In this document: one piece after another, positions 26,598 to 40,400 of the stretch
Position numbering within the stretch: position 1 is the first letter of the stretch
Layout: every line of letters begins with the position of its first letter
Assembly: GCA_964016885.1 (NCBI GenBank)
Contig: OZ024747.1
Coordinates: forward strand, 2,728,001 to 2,792,000
Length of the DNA: 64,000 nucleotides
DNA from: Eledone cirrhosa
Taxonomy: Eukaryota
Reading direction: 5' to 3'
Position numbers and translations under genes: made by a program
The notes under the pieces: model-generated
Databases searched by the model: none
What the model was told of the DNA's origin: nothing
The model's input: the letters and a program-made list of their open reading frames with translations, nothing else

Positions 26598-27269
26598 TTT
26601 CAAATTTCATATACAAGTTATCAATCAACCTGGGACTAAATTAGAAGACTGTTGCTTAAGCTGCTGCTGCTACTGCTGCTGCTGTTGCTGAGGAGGAGGA
26701 GGAGGAGGAGGAGGAGGAGGAAGGGGAGGAGTAGGAATATTTCAGTATTGATATTATGCAATATTAGTAATATTTAGCCATCAGTTTGACCATATTGGCA
26801 CCATCACAAACCTCTGAATGGAAGTAGATTTGGTTTTAGTTGATAATGTGTAAGTACGGTTGATTGATATTTTAAATATTTCTGAACATGGTTATCTGAA
26901 TCCAGAAGTTATATTTCTAGAATATCTCTTATTCTATGAAGCATATGTAGGAAACTGCAAGAATAAACACTGAGCTAGATTTTTGTGGAGAGCGATGTAC
27001 TAAAGCTATTATTATATTTATAATAAAAATGCTTGAAACATTTAGATAATATTTATAATGGAATGAAGTCGTAACTATATCTGTTTCAGCTATCAAGTAT
27101 ATTTTAGATAAATTTATTTTTGTCAATGTAGAAAGTAAACCAGGATCTCATAAGAGCAAATAAATAAAAGTGGGTAGATACAGAGAACCATTAAACATAA
27201 ATTCTATTTCTGCTTTGATGGTTTCAAAATGGAAAGTAAAGTGAGACTGGCAGTATTTAATATAATATA

Positions 27270-27310
<41 letters not shown>

Positions 27311-27919
27311 TCCATTAAAATATGTTACCAAACACTATTATTTATATCATAATTTAATTTACAATTGTTTCATCCTTGTGGGTCTCATCAGAATTAATCA
27401 ATATATAAATAATTACCTCAACAAGTTCATCTTTTCAAACACAAATAATCTGTAGAATGTTGCAACTCCTGGCAGAGTGAACAATGTGAAATAAAGTGTC
27501 TGGCTCAAAAACACAACACATCGCCAATCCAACCTCATGATTGTAAACGCAACTACCTAACCATTAAGCTACACATCTTCACAATGTCTTGTTAAAACAT
27601 GACCCAGCCATTTCTACTTCATTAGTCCCTAACTTTGCAGCTGATATCCTCTATATCTCTTATCTCACCTACTTTTCTAATTGTAAATTCTATTGTTTAA
27701 TAAACGTTTATTAAATAAAAACATGCATGAATAAATACAACAAGCTGATATGAGGGGCTGATACCTAATGCTTTTTTCCCTTCCTATATCCGGCCTTTTT
27801 CACACAGATTTCCCTGTAAACAATGAAGTTTCTTTGATAGAGTCTAACTCATTAATAAATTAACAACTAGATTAATCATTGCTCTTTATATCAATATATT
27901 TGTGCATGTCTTTGCATGA

Positions 27920-29068
27920 AAGATGCTTATATAAACACATATATATATACATATATACATATACATTCATACATAAATACATTAATATATTCTTACTTAC
28001 ATTCATACATACTTACGTAGATCATACACACACACACATGAATACATACATACATACATGTATTTATGCATGCATGTGTATATATGCACATACATACACA
28101 GACACCTACGTATATATATACATACATATATATATACAAATGCAGACACATATGTACATATATATACACACATATACATGTATATATACATTCATGTGTG
28201 TGTATGCACATATATCCATGCATCCATACATATATATATACATCCATATGCATCCATACATATATATATATACATACATACATACATACATATATACATA
28301 CATACAAACATACATGCATACATTTATATATTTTTCTTGGTTTCACTCATTGGACTGAAGCCATGCTGGAGCAATACCTTAAAATGTTTATATGATCATA
28401 TTGTAATCAATGCTTATTTTATCGATCTCTGTTTGTTGTACTGCTACATCACAGGTCATAATCAAACAGTCCTGGGTAGAGAGAGTCACTCAGAAGCACA
28501 TGTGTGTGTCTGTGTGTGTGTCTATGTATGTGAGTGTATCCGAGTGTCTCTGTTAGTGTGTCTGTGTGTGCATGTGTGTGTATCTGTGTGAGTGTCTGTA
28601 TGTCTCTGTGTCTCTGTGTGTGTCTGTGTGTGTCTGTGTGTGTCTGTGTGAGTGTGTGTATGTGTGTGTGTGTGTGTGTGTGTATGTGTGTGTGTCTGTG
28701 TGTGGGTCTGTGTATGTGTTCTGTGTCTGTGTCTGTGTGTGTATGTGTGTCTGTGTGTCTCTGTTTGTGTGTTTCTTTGTGTCTGTGTATGTGTGTGTGT
28801 ATGTGTGTGTGCGTGTGTGTGTGTGTGTGTGTCTGTGTCTGTGTCTGCGTGTGTCTGTGTGTCTGTGTGTCTCTCTTTGTGTGTTTCTTTGTGCCTCTCT
28901 GTGTATGTGTGTGTGTATGTGTGTCTGCCTGTGTATGTGTTTCTTTGTGTCTGTTTGTGTATGTGTGTGTGTATGTGTGTATGTGTGTCTGTCTGTGTAT
29001 GTGTGTGCATGTGTGTCTATCTGTGTATGTGTGTGTATGTGTGTCTGTCTGTGTATGTGTGTATGTGT
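27920..29068. repeat. Degenerate (CATA)n and (GT/GTCT)n tracts
   Basis: Direct inspection; source of many C/V and H/T ORFs. Confidence 0.9.
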
Positions 29069-29310
29069 TCATTTACTTAGGAAAGCCACATTGAAACTCA
29101 CGATATCTAGAAAGTAAGAGTTATCTCCCTCAATGATTTAGGTTGTCCAAACAGCTGAGCAGTTTCCAAGTTATTAGAAATATTAACACCATTTCTGTGA
29201 GACTAACAGGAATTTACTATCTTGTGAAATTGTTGTGAAATTGTTGTTATTGTTATGTAACCCTCAGATAATTTCTGATGAGGTAAACTCAGATTTGCAT
29301 ATGTGATCAA

Positions 29311-29420
29311 ATAATTGTTTCTACTTTTGGTACAAGGCCAGCAATTACCCAGCACATTACTGGTACTTTATTTTATGGACCCCGTAAGGATGAAAGGCAA
29401 AGTTAACCTCGGCGGGATTT
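29311..29420 (-). mobile_element. 5'-truncated SINE (Meta-domain-like)
   Basis: aattgtttctac..gtaaggatgaaaggcaaagttaacctcggcgggattt. Confidence 0.85.
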
Positions 29421-29773
29421 TAATATTTGATTCGTTTGCAAGCAACCAGCCTCATTATGCTATGTGTTTTTATTTAGATGAACATCACCAACCTTTTTTG
29501 ATTTTGTTTTTAACTTTCAGCAATGTCGGCCATAAAATCGCTAGATATGCAAATTAAGCTAATCAGCCAATGAATACTTTAGAAAATGTTATATATTCTC
29601 AAGAGTTCTAATGAGTGACACAAGAGAGATACACAATCTTGAGAAAGGGCAATAACCCAGAAAATATATTGTCAATTGTTTCTCTCTGTTATTGCTAGAA
29701 TAAAAAGATGGTGATGGTCATCCAATAACCATAGCATAATGAGGCAGTTTGCTTGCAAACGAATCAAATATTA
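29421..29773. mobile_element. MITE with long TIRs, superfamily unknown
   Basis: taatatttgattcgtttgcaagcaaccagcctcattatgctatg versus catagcataatgaggcagtttgcttgcaaacgaatcaaatatta; weaker similarity extends to about 80 bp. Confidence 0.75.
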
Positions 29774-29958
29774 TTGGCAGTTATTGGTAGAGGAGTCAGA
29801 TGCTGTTTTGTAGCATAGAGTTACGGCCCTTTGTGGTCTCAGTTCAAATCCTGCCGAGGTTAACTTTGCCTTTCATTCCTACGGGGTCGATAGAATAAAG
29901 TACCAGTAATGCACTGGGATAATTGCTGGCCTTGTGCCAAAAGTAGAAACAATTATTA
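29774..29958 (+). mobile_element. tRNA-derived SINE (Meta-domain-like)
   Basis: ttggcag..gttcaaatcctgccgaggttaactttgcctttcattcc..gtagaaacaattatt. Confidence 0.85.
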
Positions 29959-30840
29959 TTTGATATAAAACTCACAAATACATTTACGTATCTGCTATGT
30001 TAGAGCAAAAAAACCAAAACCCAGATTTATTTTCCCAGAAATGACATTTTGTGGATATTACAACACACTCTGGCATGTATTAATGGCGAATCATATCAGG
30101 TGCAGTGTGACACACCTGATATGCTGTGTTTATTCTACTGTTGTTCTTTAGCCCCAGATCCAGCAGAACTATATCAATGGTTCTTAAGCACAATTATTCC
30201 AAGACCCCATTATCTAATATTCCCCTCTGTTCTAAAACAGTAGCATTTGATCTGAGTGAAATGTGACTGATGTTTCTAACAAGGCAACAGACCATATGAT
30301 TTTCTCCACATTGCTCACAGATTCTGAAGATAGCCAATGGCTAAAATAGAGTCACTGTTATTATCAATGATAATTATCTCCAATAATTGATTAGTAATCC
30401 AATGTTATTACAAAAGATAACATTATTTATAATTCATACTTAAAGAATGTTCTATTGTTTCCAACATTTTCAATACCAAGAACCACTTTTACTTAAATGA
30501 CAACTATTCTTCTCCTTGGCAGATATATGGTGAAAATAATTGATAGCCAATAGTGGGTGTATATTATCTTTTTTAACAAAGTACTTGAAGCTTAACTCAG
30601 GATACCCCAGGATAGGAATCGATGACATATTCTTATTTTTATTATCTATGAAATAAAAAATATATAAACTTTTTATTGTTTTATTAACTAAAAATTATCA
30701 ATAATTCCTGTAAAGCTTAAGAAAAATAATTTTCATAAATAAAATTGTAAAATAAACATTTTAAAATTATAAATATTTTAAAGATGTATATTTATGTTTA
30801 TGCGTTTATCTTTTAGTCCATTTTAGATGCGAAATAACTT

Positions 30841-31061
30841 TTAACCCTTTTGGTACCAACCTGGCCAAAACTGGCTCCGGTTCTATAAAATAAAACCATC
30901 CATTTTAAAGGTTTCCAATTTAAATTTAAATCTTCCAACAACATACCATGATTCTTAAATTAAGTTATTATTTTAGTAATTAAATAATTAATAGTTCCAT
31001 TAAATCCTCCAAAATTCTTCATTAATTAATTAAAATAGAAATACAGTCATGAAAGAGTTAA
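30841..31061. mobile_element. TTAA-flanked MITE, same family as 60107-60663
   Basis: ttaacccttt..aaagagttaa; internal ggccaaaactggctc..ttttaaaggtttcca shared. Confidence 0.65.
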
Positions 31062-31974
31062 TGTTTCATAACGATGTTTCACAAATAAAGTATAAAGAGT
31101 CGCCTCCCTTAGAGAAGCTAGTCAATCTTCAGTCATCATATTTTTGAATGAAGAGTTGCCTATGAAAGTATTGTTATATAGTTATATACATGCTCTCCTC
31201 AGATATTTCACATCGTTCTACCTCACTAATACCCAGGAGACAGCCATAAACAGTAGTTTCTCTTTTCCTTCTCTCTAAATCTCCGTTCTTATAATTATAT
31301 AGGAAATAAGTACATTTTTGGTTTGCAACAAAATTGGAATGGTTGCCGACAATATAGTAAGGTTCATTTGCTTCATATTTATTTGTGTCTGTGTGTCTGT
31401 CTCAGTGTGTGTCTGTCTTTGAGTATGTGCATTCATCGGTGTAGCTGTGTGTCTGTCTTTGAGTATGTGCATTCATCAGTGTAGCTGTGTGTCTGTGTGT
31501 CTGTCTGTGTTTCAGTGTGTGTGTGTGTAAGTGTGTGTGTGTGTCTTTGCGTGTGCATATGTGTGTGTTTCTGTGTGTGTGTCCGTGTGTACGTCTATGT
31601 GTCTGTTTCTGTGTATGTGTGTCTGTCTTTGTGTCTTTGCGTCTGTGTGTGTGTCTATGTCTTTGAGTCAGTGTATGTGTCTGTGTGTCTATGTGTCTAT
31701 GTTTCTGTGTGTCTGTGTGTCTGTCTCTGTGTGTCTGTGTGTCTGTGCATGTTTGCATGTGTAAATGTACAAAATGCATCAGCATGCATGCGAGATTATC
31801 AGTTGGTTACTGCTTACTAAAACAATTTATTGATCAATATAATACAACACAAGCCAACCAGGAAACCTCTGCATGGTTGCTAAAAATAGCAACCACAATT
31901 TCCCTAAAATCCCACTCAACATATTGGATATTAGCAAGAGAGTGGCAACAATAAACCTTGTCATTTGGTACACA

Positions 31975-32432
31975 ACCTATAAAGTGGTCATGTTGGTGAC
32001 ACAACAAAAAGCACCCAGTCCACCCTGTAAAATGATTGCATTGGTGACACAACAAAAAATACCCAGTCCACCTTGTAAAATGATTGCATTGGTGACACAA
32101 CAAAAAATACCCAGTCCACCTTGTAAAATGATTGCATTGGTGACACAACAAAAAGCACCCAGTCCACCCTGTAAAATGATTGCATTGGTGACACAACAAA
32201 AAGCACCCAGTCCACCCTGTAAAATGATTGCATTGGTGACACAACAAAAAATACCCAGTCCACCTTGTAAATGTGGTTGGAGTTAGGAAAGGCACCCAAC
32301 CATAGAAACCAAGCCAGAAACAGTTCTGTATGAGCAAGACTTGGGCCTCTGATCTACCTAGTCTCATGACGGTACAACTCATCAAACCCATGCTAGCATG
32401 GAAAAATGGACGTTAAATGATGATGATGATGG
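31975..32432 (+). mobile_element. RTE-type 3' tail with about 6 tandem 48-bp units
   Basis: 48-bp array, then ggttggagttaggaaaggcacc..cccatgctagcatggaaaaatggacgttaaa(tga)n. Confidence 0.85.
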
Positions 32433-32899
32433 TGAAAATATTAAGTTTGTTTTTATATCAATGTGAAATAGTTTGTAAACAAGTAATATGTTTAGAATAT
32501 ATGAAATGGTAGAATTATTATCCTGTTTAAAAAGTATCTCAAAAGTTCATACCATAGGACAAGATGTCTATTGGTATTCGTTGTGACTCTGTGCATTCTG
32601 AGTTCAAATCCTGCTGAGACTATCTTTAACTGGGGTAGTTGAAATAAAGGACCTGTCGAAGGTAGTGAACTGGAAGAATTGTTCGAGTATCGAATGATAT
32701 AACATGTGGGGATTTTGTTCTGACTCTTAGAATTCTGAGTTTAAGTCTTGATATAACCTGTTTGGGTGATAAACTTAATCCTTCACCCAGTTAACACCAT
32801 TCTCTGGTCCTTAGGTGACTTTAACAGCGTCAACAAGAGTACAAGCATTTCTTTCTCTTTCAATCCCATCAGTTTCAGAGGCCCAACTCTTTCATTCCT

Positions 32900-34032
32900 A
32901 ACTAAACTGCAATGGGTGTGAAGGATGATCTTTTTAACTGGTTGAAGTCCTTCATTCTCAGTCGAAGAGAGGTAGTCACGGTTCTGGGACAGCATTCCTC
33001 ACCATATGAGATGTCATCTGGTGTACCACAGGGATCTGTTCTTGGCCCCCTTTTGTTTGTGGCATATATTAATGACATAGATGCCAACTTAAGGAATGCC
33101 ACAGTACTAAAGTACACAGACGACATCAAGCTGTACCTTGAGATAAAAAGGACAGATCCTGAACACTATAGATCTTGCTTGCAGTCTGACCTGGACACAA
33201 TGCAACAATGGATCTCAGACTGGCAACTCAAGCTAGCTGTGGACAAGTGCACCACCATGCATTTTGGGAGTAAAAACCCAGCGTCCACATACTCCCTCCA
33301 CAGCACTAATATAAAGAAGTCTTCCTGTGAACGTGACCTGGGCATTACGGTCAGCAGCGATTTGCGTTGGACAAGGCACGTCTCTAAAATTGTCAAGAGG
33401 GCCGAGGGTGTCTTAGCATCACTCAGCAAGACCTTTGTCAGCCGCTCTCCAGATATCTATTTAAGGCTGTATACAGCTATGGTGCGACCACACTTAGAAT
33501 TTGCATCACCAGTCTGGAACCCCTATCTTGCTCAGGACATTGACCGCCTGGAAACTGTTCAGAGACGTGCAACCAAGCGAATACCCTCCATCCGGCATCT
33601 ACCATACTCTGAGCGCCTTGCTTCCCTGGGCATGGATTCATTGAAGCTCCGACGCCTGGCATCTGACTTGGTTAACAATTTTGTGGGTTTTTACCATGTT
33701 GCCAACAACAACCCTGAGTACCTTTTCGATTTCCATGTGTCTAACACACGTGGACATGCCCACAAAGTAAGAAAACAGCACAGTTCCCATGACTTTCGGA
33801 AACATTTTTTCACGCTCAGAGTTGCTGAAGCATGGAACAAACTACCTGCATCAGTTGTTAGCTGTCGAGACACTGCATCCTTTAAGGCCTCCATGCTTCC
33901 CGAGATCCGCCAACACTACAGCTAACACATACACACATGTATTTCCCTGACATTTGTGTATTATTCTATGTACTATATTGACGAGTTGTAGTGCACCTGA
34001 GCACTTTACACAATAATTTCATTATTATTATT
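32900..34032 (+). mobile_element. CR1-group LINE, 5'-truncated; uninterrupted 337-aa RT/C-terminal ORF 32912-33925
   Basis: SGVPQGSVLGPLLF, YTDD, RDLGI, VRPHLEFASPVWNP, LETVQRRATK, NTRGH, RVAEAWNKLP; (ATT)n tail. Confidence 0.93.
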
Positions 34033-34439
34033 AAACAGCAGTGTGTGTGAGTTTTCCTGATATATGTGAGCATTCTCCAGTTATTGTCATCATTTAACCC
34101 CAGGTAACCTTTCATTGAGCAGGACTATGTTCAAGGATATTCCAGTAATGGCTGTCTTGCCTATTATTTCTAACAAAGTGAATCTAGGACTACATTATTC
34201 AATGTACCTTTTTTCTAATGCAATATGGTATGGCTTGCAGGAGATTCGGCTGTTATTTTTAGTGTTGAGTCTACCTAAGTTCACTTCATCAACCTGAGAC
34301 TATGGTAGAAGATACTTGCTGAAGGGGCAGCACAGTTGGATCAAACTCCAAACCACATAATTATAAAACCATGCAGAATATATTCAAAGACCTCTCTAAT
34401 CTAGAACCTAATCATATACTGCTCATTCTTTCTGGACTT

Positions 34440-34928
34440 TGTCATTGATTCTTATACAATGTCTTAGTAAAATCCATATAAAAGCTCACCAAGCGATTAG
34501 CATGATGTTGCTTCCCGATACCCTCCACTCCAGACATGTTGTCTCATCACTCTATCTCTTCTATAATAACTACAGGGGTCTTTTCTCTTCAGAGATGACT
34601 GATTTTCTGTCACCTTCTTTAAACTCCACCCAATTCACTTGTTTTGTTTTTCTCTTCTCCCTAAGTACATTGTTTACCCCATCCATCCCAGACTTCACAA
34701 TAAACACTTTTTTCTAGAGTTACCTCCTCAGAATACCCTCTTTTCCTTACATTCTCTCCCTGCCCATGTTTTTTAGGTTATTTTTTAATCCTTTGTTCCT
34801 GCAGCTGTCAGCTCGCAGCTGTTCAAGAGGGTAAAATCAATCATATTGATCTTCTCTGTCTCTGAGGGTCTGTGAAAACCATTGATTGGTACAGCCCCTT
34901 TCCTCCAAACCAAACCTTAAAAAAAAAA
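34440..34928 (+). mobile_element. Degraded CR1/Jockey-group LINE 3' end
   Basis: TLHSRHVVSSLYLFYNNYRG..SSEM resembles the CR1 C-terminus; A-tail near 34920. Confidence 0.55.
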
Positions 34929-35228
34929 CCGAAAGAATTTTGTATACATTATTTACATTAATAGTTAAACATACAATTAATTTGTATTTCTATACCTAAT
35001 AGTGTTGTTCAGTCAATGCTATAAGTGTTGTGTACACAGCCGGCTGATCAAAGGGACATCATCTACTCTTCCTTGATAAATTACTTTATTGGTATTTAAT
35101 TAGCATATCTCTAGAATGGCTTCTACATTTGGCAGGTTTTAAACTACAGTCCCCTCCCCCTCACACACACATATTACAGAAACATTATGTATGGACTTGT
35201 TACTCCTGATGGAGTCATAGAGGCACTA

Positions 35229-35265
<37 letters not shown>

Positions 35266-35289
35266 AATGAATAATAACAGGTAGACATC

Positions 35290-35436
35290 ATATAATCCTA
35301 GGATAATCCTATACCTAATATATATATATATATAGGTATATATATATATATACATCTAGGATAATCCTATACCTAATATATATATATATATATATATAGG
35401 TATATATATATATATACATCTAGGATAATCCTATAC

Positions 35437-35520
<84 letters not shown>

Positions 35521-35525
35521 TACAC
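35290..35525. repeat. Tandem taggataatcctataccta-(TA)n units with internal palindromes
   Basis: Three copies separated by variable TA. Confidence 0.85.
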
Positions 35526-37827
35526 ATATTGGGATTTTATTTTTCAAATTGTTAACTGCACTTTGATCTTAACTAAAAGGCGAAGTGACAACTTTCTGTT
35601 TAAGAACAAAGAACAGTTTATAAATTTATAAAATTTACCAGTTTCTGTAAGGATGAAATTACAGATTATATTCTGGAATTACTGCAATGTCCACATGCAC
35701 GGAATTCTGTGACTTGGATTTCCATAACATGGATGATGCCTATTGCACTATTGATGTACATAATCCATAACATGCTGGGTCAGTAGAATTGTTAGAACAG
35801 GAGACAAAATAAAGTGGACTCAGCTAAAGAGTCTGTAAATAGTGATGTTAAACTGGTCGATGGATTAAGTCTACCATACAAATAGGCCACAGCATGATTT
35901 GAAATCAAAACACCAAAGAGCCAGAACAAATTCTGCTCTAAGAAGTCTCTTAATCCAATGTTATGGATTGGTAGTTTATTTTATTGATCGTCAAAGGATG
36001 AAAGGTAAACTTCACTGGGATTTGAACACAGACCATAGAGAGTCAGAACAAATAGCATTTTATCCTCTAACAAGTCACTACAGAAATTCTTGTTTAAAAG
36101 CAATTAATTATAGTTCAGCACAGCTCCTTTTCAGTAACTACTTCCTGTCACAATTGCATCATGGTAAAATGTTTAGTGTTAAGGTATTTTTTGCATCCCA
36201 GTAGTTTTCCAAAGTTTTCTAATAACTGACTCACAGATGTTCATTAGCCTTTTGATAAAACAGATATACAGATATATGTCCTGACTCATCTCAAAAGACC
36301 ACTAAAAGCTTTCATAATATCGGCACCTGATTATGCCTATTTATGATACAGCCATCGAATGTATAGGCATACTTGCTGTGATAATATATTTTTCCACTTG
36401 AATACTGCAGTGACCAAACTGGCTGGAGTGATAAAAAATTATAGGGGATAATATTACTTTGCACCGAACCAATGCAATTAGATGATGCCATATGTATATT
36501 TATGTATTAGCAGATATAACTATATATTGATGCATTTCATGTTTAATAGTAAAGAACCATAACTACAATCTGATGTGTATGTGTGTGTTAATATGTGTCT
36601 ATTAATGTATTTGTGTGCGTGTGTATTTCTGTGTGTGTGTGTTTGTGTCTGAGTCTGTGTCTGTTGGTGGGTTTTTAAAAAACTACAATATTTGTCGGTG
36701 ATATTGATTTTGCAGTGCCTGAAAGAAACCAGAAATAGAGTTACTTCAAATATGATGATGGCATTGGTAATAGGAAGTAGAAGAACATTTTGTTCTTTTG
36801 TTATTCTAGATTTTACCGTTTCTATTCCAATGTTTTTCAACCTGAAAAGTGTGTGTGTTTGTGGTCATAAAACAGTCCCATTAAGCAACCAGTTTCCTCG
36901 GCCAACTAATGTAATTCCTTTCTAATCTTTTTCTGATCGCGAACATAATATCTATTCCTAAACAAATACACAAACCATTTTATCCCTTATCTTCTTTTTG
37001 TAGAACAGATTTAAAGGCAATTTGAATAATGGATATGAAGTAAAGCTAACTATGAGCAGTACAGCAATAGTAATGTCTGATAATACCACACTGGTTATGA
37101 TATTCCTCTGTTGTCTAATTCTAGACAAGATTAAATTGATAAAACATGTCAATGGTAGTACCAGCTGTATTGTTAATCAACACTACATTGCAGTGATATT
37201 CTTATAATTCAAACTAAATACCTCAGATACCAATCATGCTGCTCTAAGATTCACTTAGTTTTCATTAGTGTAGATTTCATCTGGATCATAATTTATGTCA
37301 AGAAAGTATTCCATACATTGTAAAATATTTAAACAAATGTTGTATATATGTAGCTGGTTTCTCTGACTTAGTGGCTGATGGCAACTTCTTTTTCTGGCAT
37401 TGAGGATCTTCGCCCTATTTTATAAGCTATTTCTTAGTATCTCTGCACTTGAGCACACTACTCTTTATATTTAAAAAAGTATTTATTTATTTTCCTAAGA
37501 GGCTTAAATAATCATATCTTTTTCAGCTTAGAGACATTATTAGAATTCCTTTGCTTAAACTTTGTGACTTTCCAAATAGTTTCAGTTATTTGACTGAGTT
37601 TACATTTCAAAGTAATTCACCACACTACATGTCAGGTGGGGGGTGGCAGATAAGCAGGGTATTAACCACCCAATATGTCAGGGTGCTGTGGTAGACTGGC
37701 GTCCAGTCCATGAGGGAATCTTAGTCATATCATGCCACAGAAACTCGGAAAAGCACCAACCTGATGAACCTCCCGACTTTAGATGTCAGGGTAGTAGGAT
37801 GGCAGATAACCTATCTACCTTTGGTTA

Positions 37828-38200
37828 TCTTCTTCTTCTTCCACCTATTCCTGATAGGGGCATGGGGTGACAGAGTCCTCAAACACTCCCTCCAGTAGGT
37901 CCTGTCTGAAACAACCATCTCCAACTGATCCACCTGGATCGCCAGGTGAGACCAGCCAAGCTCATGGATGTTATTCAACCATCTTGCTTGGAGTCTACCT
38001 CTGGATCTCCTCTCAGTTGGTTCTGCCCGTAAAATCTGTCCAGCGATTCTTTCCTGAGACATTCTAACCACATCGCCATAGAATCGGAGCTGTGATTTCT
38101 CAATTTGGAGAAGTAGCGATTCTACCTGAAGTGACACTCCGATCTCTGAGCTACACACTCTATTAAGTAATGTTTTTCCAAAGACCCTTCAGAGGAACCC
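37828..38200 (-). mobile_element. RTE-clade LINE 3' fragment, family 2, (GAA)n tail
   Basis: LLLQIEKSQLRFYGDVVRM..RGRLQARW ORF; short relatives near 42290-42358 (+) and 45085-45160 (-). Confidence 0.85.
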
Positions 38201-38238
38201 TTTGGTTATTATTCTATAAAATGATATCTGCTCTTTTG

Positions 38239-38284
<46 letters not shown>

Positions 38285-39469
38285 TAGTAGTAGTAGTTCA
38301 AAGCATATGATATTCAAAATTGCAAAAGTTTCTTTTTCTTATTCTGCAGAATACTTATTGTATTTCACCTTATTTTATGCCACAATAAATTTCTTTTAAG
38401 TCTATTCTATTAGCATTGTTCAAGCTATTGCAAGAATCATTAAAGCCTTGTAAAGTCTTATAAAATAATTGTTTCTATTTTAGGCACAAGGCCAGCAATT
38501 ACCCAGTACATTAATCATCCGTTGTATGAATTAGAGTATTTTCTGCACATCTGAAATTGTTTGTATTCTTCTTAATGTTTTTGGTTTTACCATTTCTTTC
38601 TGTATAGCTTTCTCTGAATCCGGCTGACAGTTTGGCTTTCCATAGTTTTTTTTTTCCATCTAATTCCTTATATGCCCGAACCACAATTTATAGAAACTTA
38701 ATACTGCCTAGGCTTTAATTTCTTTGATTATCTTCCATATACTTGCATCACACCATCACCAAAAATGCCACTTCTCTGATAAAGAAAACAACAACAATAT
38801 GGTATCTTCTGTTCTTCTTCTCATAAAAGTTTTTTTTTTCCCTCATCTCTTTCTTTCATGCAAGACATCCATTCACACATTTCATGCCATATAACATGAT
38901 ATTCAAAATGTTATTTCCTAATATACAGCTTTCAGGCTATTGAGATCTTTGTCTCTATTTTCCTTTGACATGAATGACCTTTCACCATTTTCATGTCTGC
39001 CAAGCAAAAGATTCTCTCTGAGGATTCTCATAGTGATTTCATCTCACAACCTTAGATATGTTTTACTGAGTTAAGTCATATTTAACACCACTAGAGATAT
39101 GAAATAACATTTCAATAGATTTTTGTTGGAAACTTCCAGTTTGACTAGTTTCCATCCACACAATTTCCCCTGACAACATTATCATTATTCCTCCATTTTT
39201 ATACACCTTATTCCCAGCCACAAAATTTCAGTGTTTCATTTTTGTATGGTTTAAGTGTTTTTATTTATTTTTATTTGTATTTTTCTAATTGTTTCTGAAA
39301 ATATCTTGTGAGTTATCATTTTTACTGGTTTACTCTTATGTAGATGATCTCAGCATCGTTATTTGACCTGCTAGTAATAGCATCCAAACTTCCCTCAAGC
39401 CATACATAATGGCAGTTCTTATAACAAGCACCTATTTTTGTCACTTTTGTCAGCCCATTATATTTTAAT

Positions 39470-39560
39470 CATGTGATGTGCATGGATGATGATCACTGGG
39501 TGAAGAAGTGGCAAGTAATCCTAGTGGAAAGAAATAGCAGAAGAGGAAGACCTAGGAAGA
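39470..39560 (+). mobile_element. RTE coding fragment
   Basis: HVMCMDDDHWVKKWQ..RRGRPRK. Confidence 0.7.
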
Positions 39561-39570
39561 CTTATTATTA

Positions 39571-39965
39571 GAGCGGTGGATTGGCAGTATCAGTAGAGTG
39601 TCGGACAACATGCTTTGAAGCATAGAGTTATGGCCCTTTACATTCTGAGTTCAAATCCTTCCAAGGTTAGCTTTGCTGTTCATCCTTATGGGATCAATAA
39701 AATAAAGTACCAGTAATGGACTGGGGTTCAATTTAATCGAACCCCACCCACAAATTTGCTGACCTGCTGCCTAAATCAATTGGCAGTATTGGTAGAGGGT
39801 CGGACGCCATGCTTTCTAGCATAGTTACGTACCTTTACCGTCTGAGTTCAAATCCCGCCGACGTTAACTTTGCCTTTCATCCTTATGGGGTCGATAAAAT
39901 AAAGTACCAGTAATATACTGGGTAATTGCTGGCCTTGTGCCTAAAGTAGAAACAATTATTATTAT
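39571..39965 (+). mobile_element. Two tandem SINEs (Meta-domain-like); the second sits at the tail of the first
   Basis: Copies at about 39571-39778 and 39780-39965. Confidence 0.85.
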
Positions 39966-40227
39966 AATTGTTAGTGTTGGGATTGGATGCAATTCTAGAT
40001 TATTTTTTTTTAATGTGCTTGTTCCCACCACTTCTATTTATTGCATATGAACATCCCCAGGTGTTTTATAAACCCTTTGTTTTCAATAACAGACTCTGTT
40101 GTAGTAATAGTATTGTATATTTGTGCTCCTGTAGCCAATAAAAAAAATATTATTATTATATTTGTTGTAAATGATTTCATAATCACTGAGGTAATTGGGG
40201 AATTGCTCCAGAACCTAATAACATAAT

Positions 40228-40400
40228 TAATTGTTTCTACTTTTGGCACAAGGCCAGCAATTATCCCAGTGGTACTTTATTTTATCGACCCTGTAGGGAT
40301 GAAAGGCAAAGTTAAACTTGGCTGGATTTGGACTCAGATCAGAAAGAGGCGTAACTCTATGCTGCAAAGCCTGTTGTCCAACCCTCTACCGATACTGCCA
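40228..40400 (-). mobile_element. tRNA-derived SINE (Meta-domain-like)
   Basis: Family motifs; taacataattaat repeated on both sides. Confidence 0.85.

Noticed and set aside
35641-35780. Candidate + exon (..DEITDYILELLQCPHARNSVTW..) with gtcagt donor
   Set aside because: Two frames are similarly open, splice sites are weak and phase does not link to 51502
37680-37780. ctgatga motif as a hammerhead
   Set aside because: No downstream stem II/GAAA; looks like a degraded SINE/RTE-related tail
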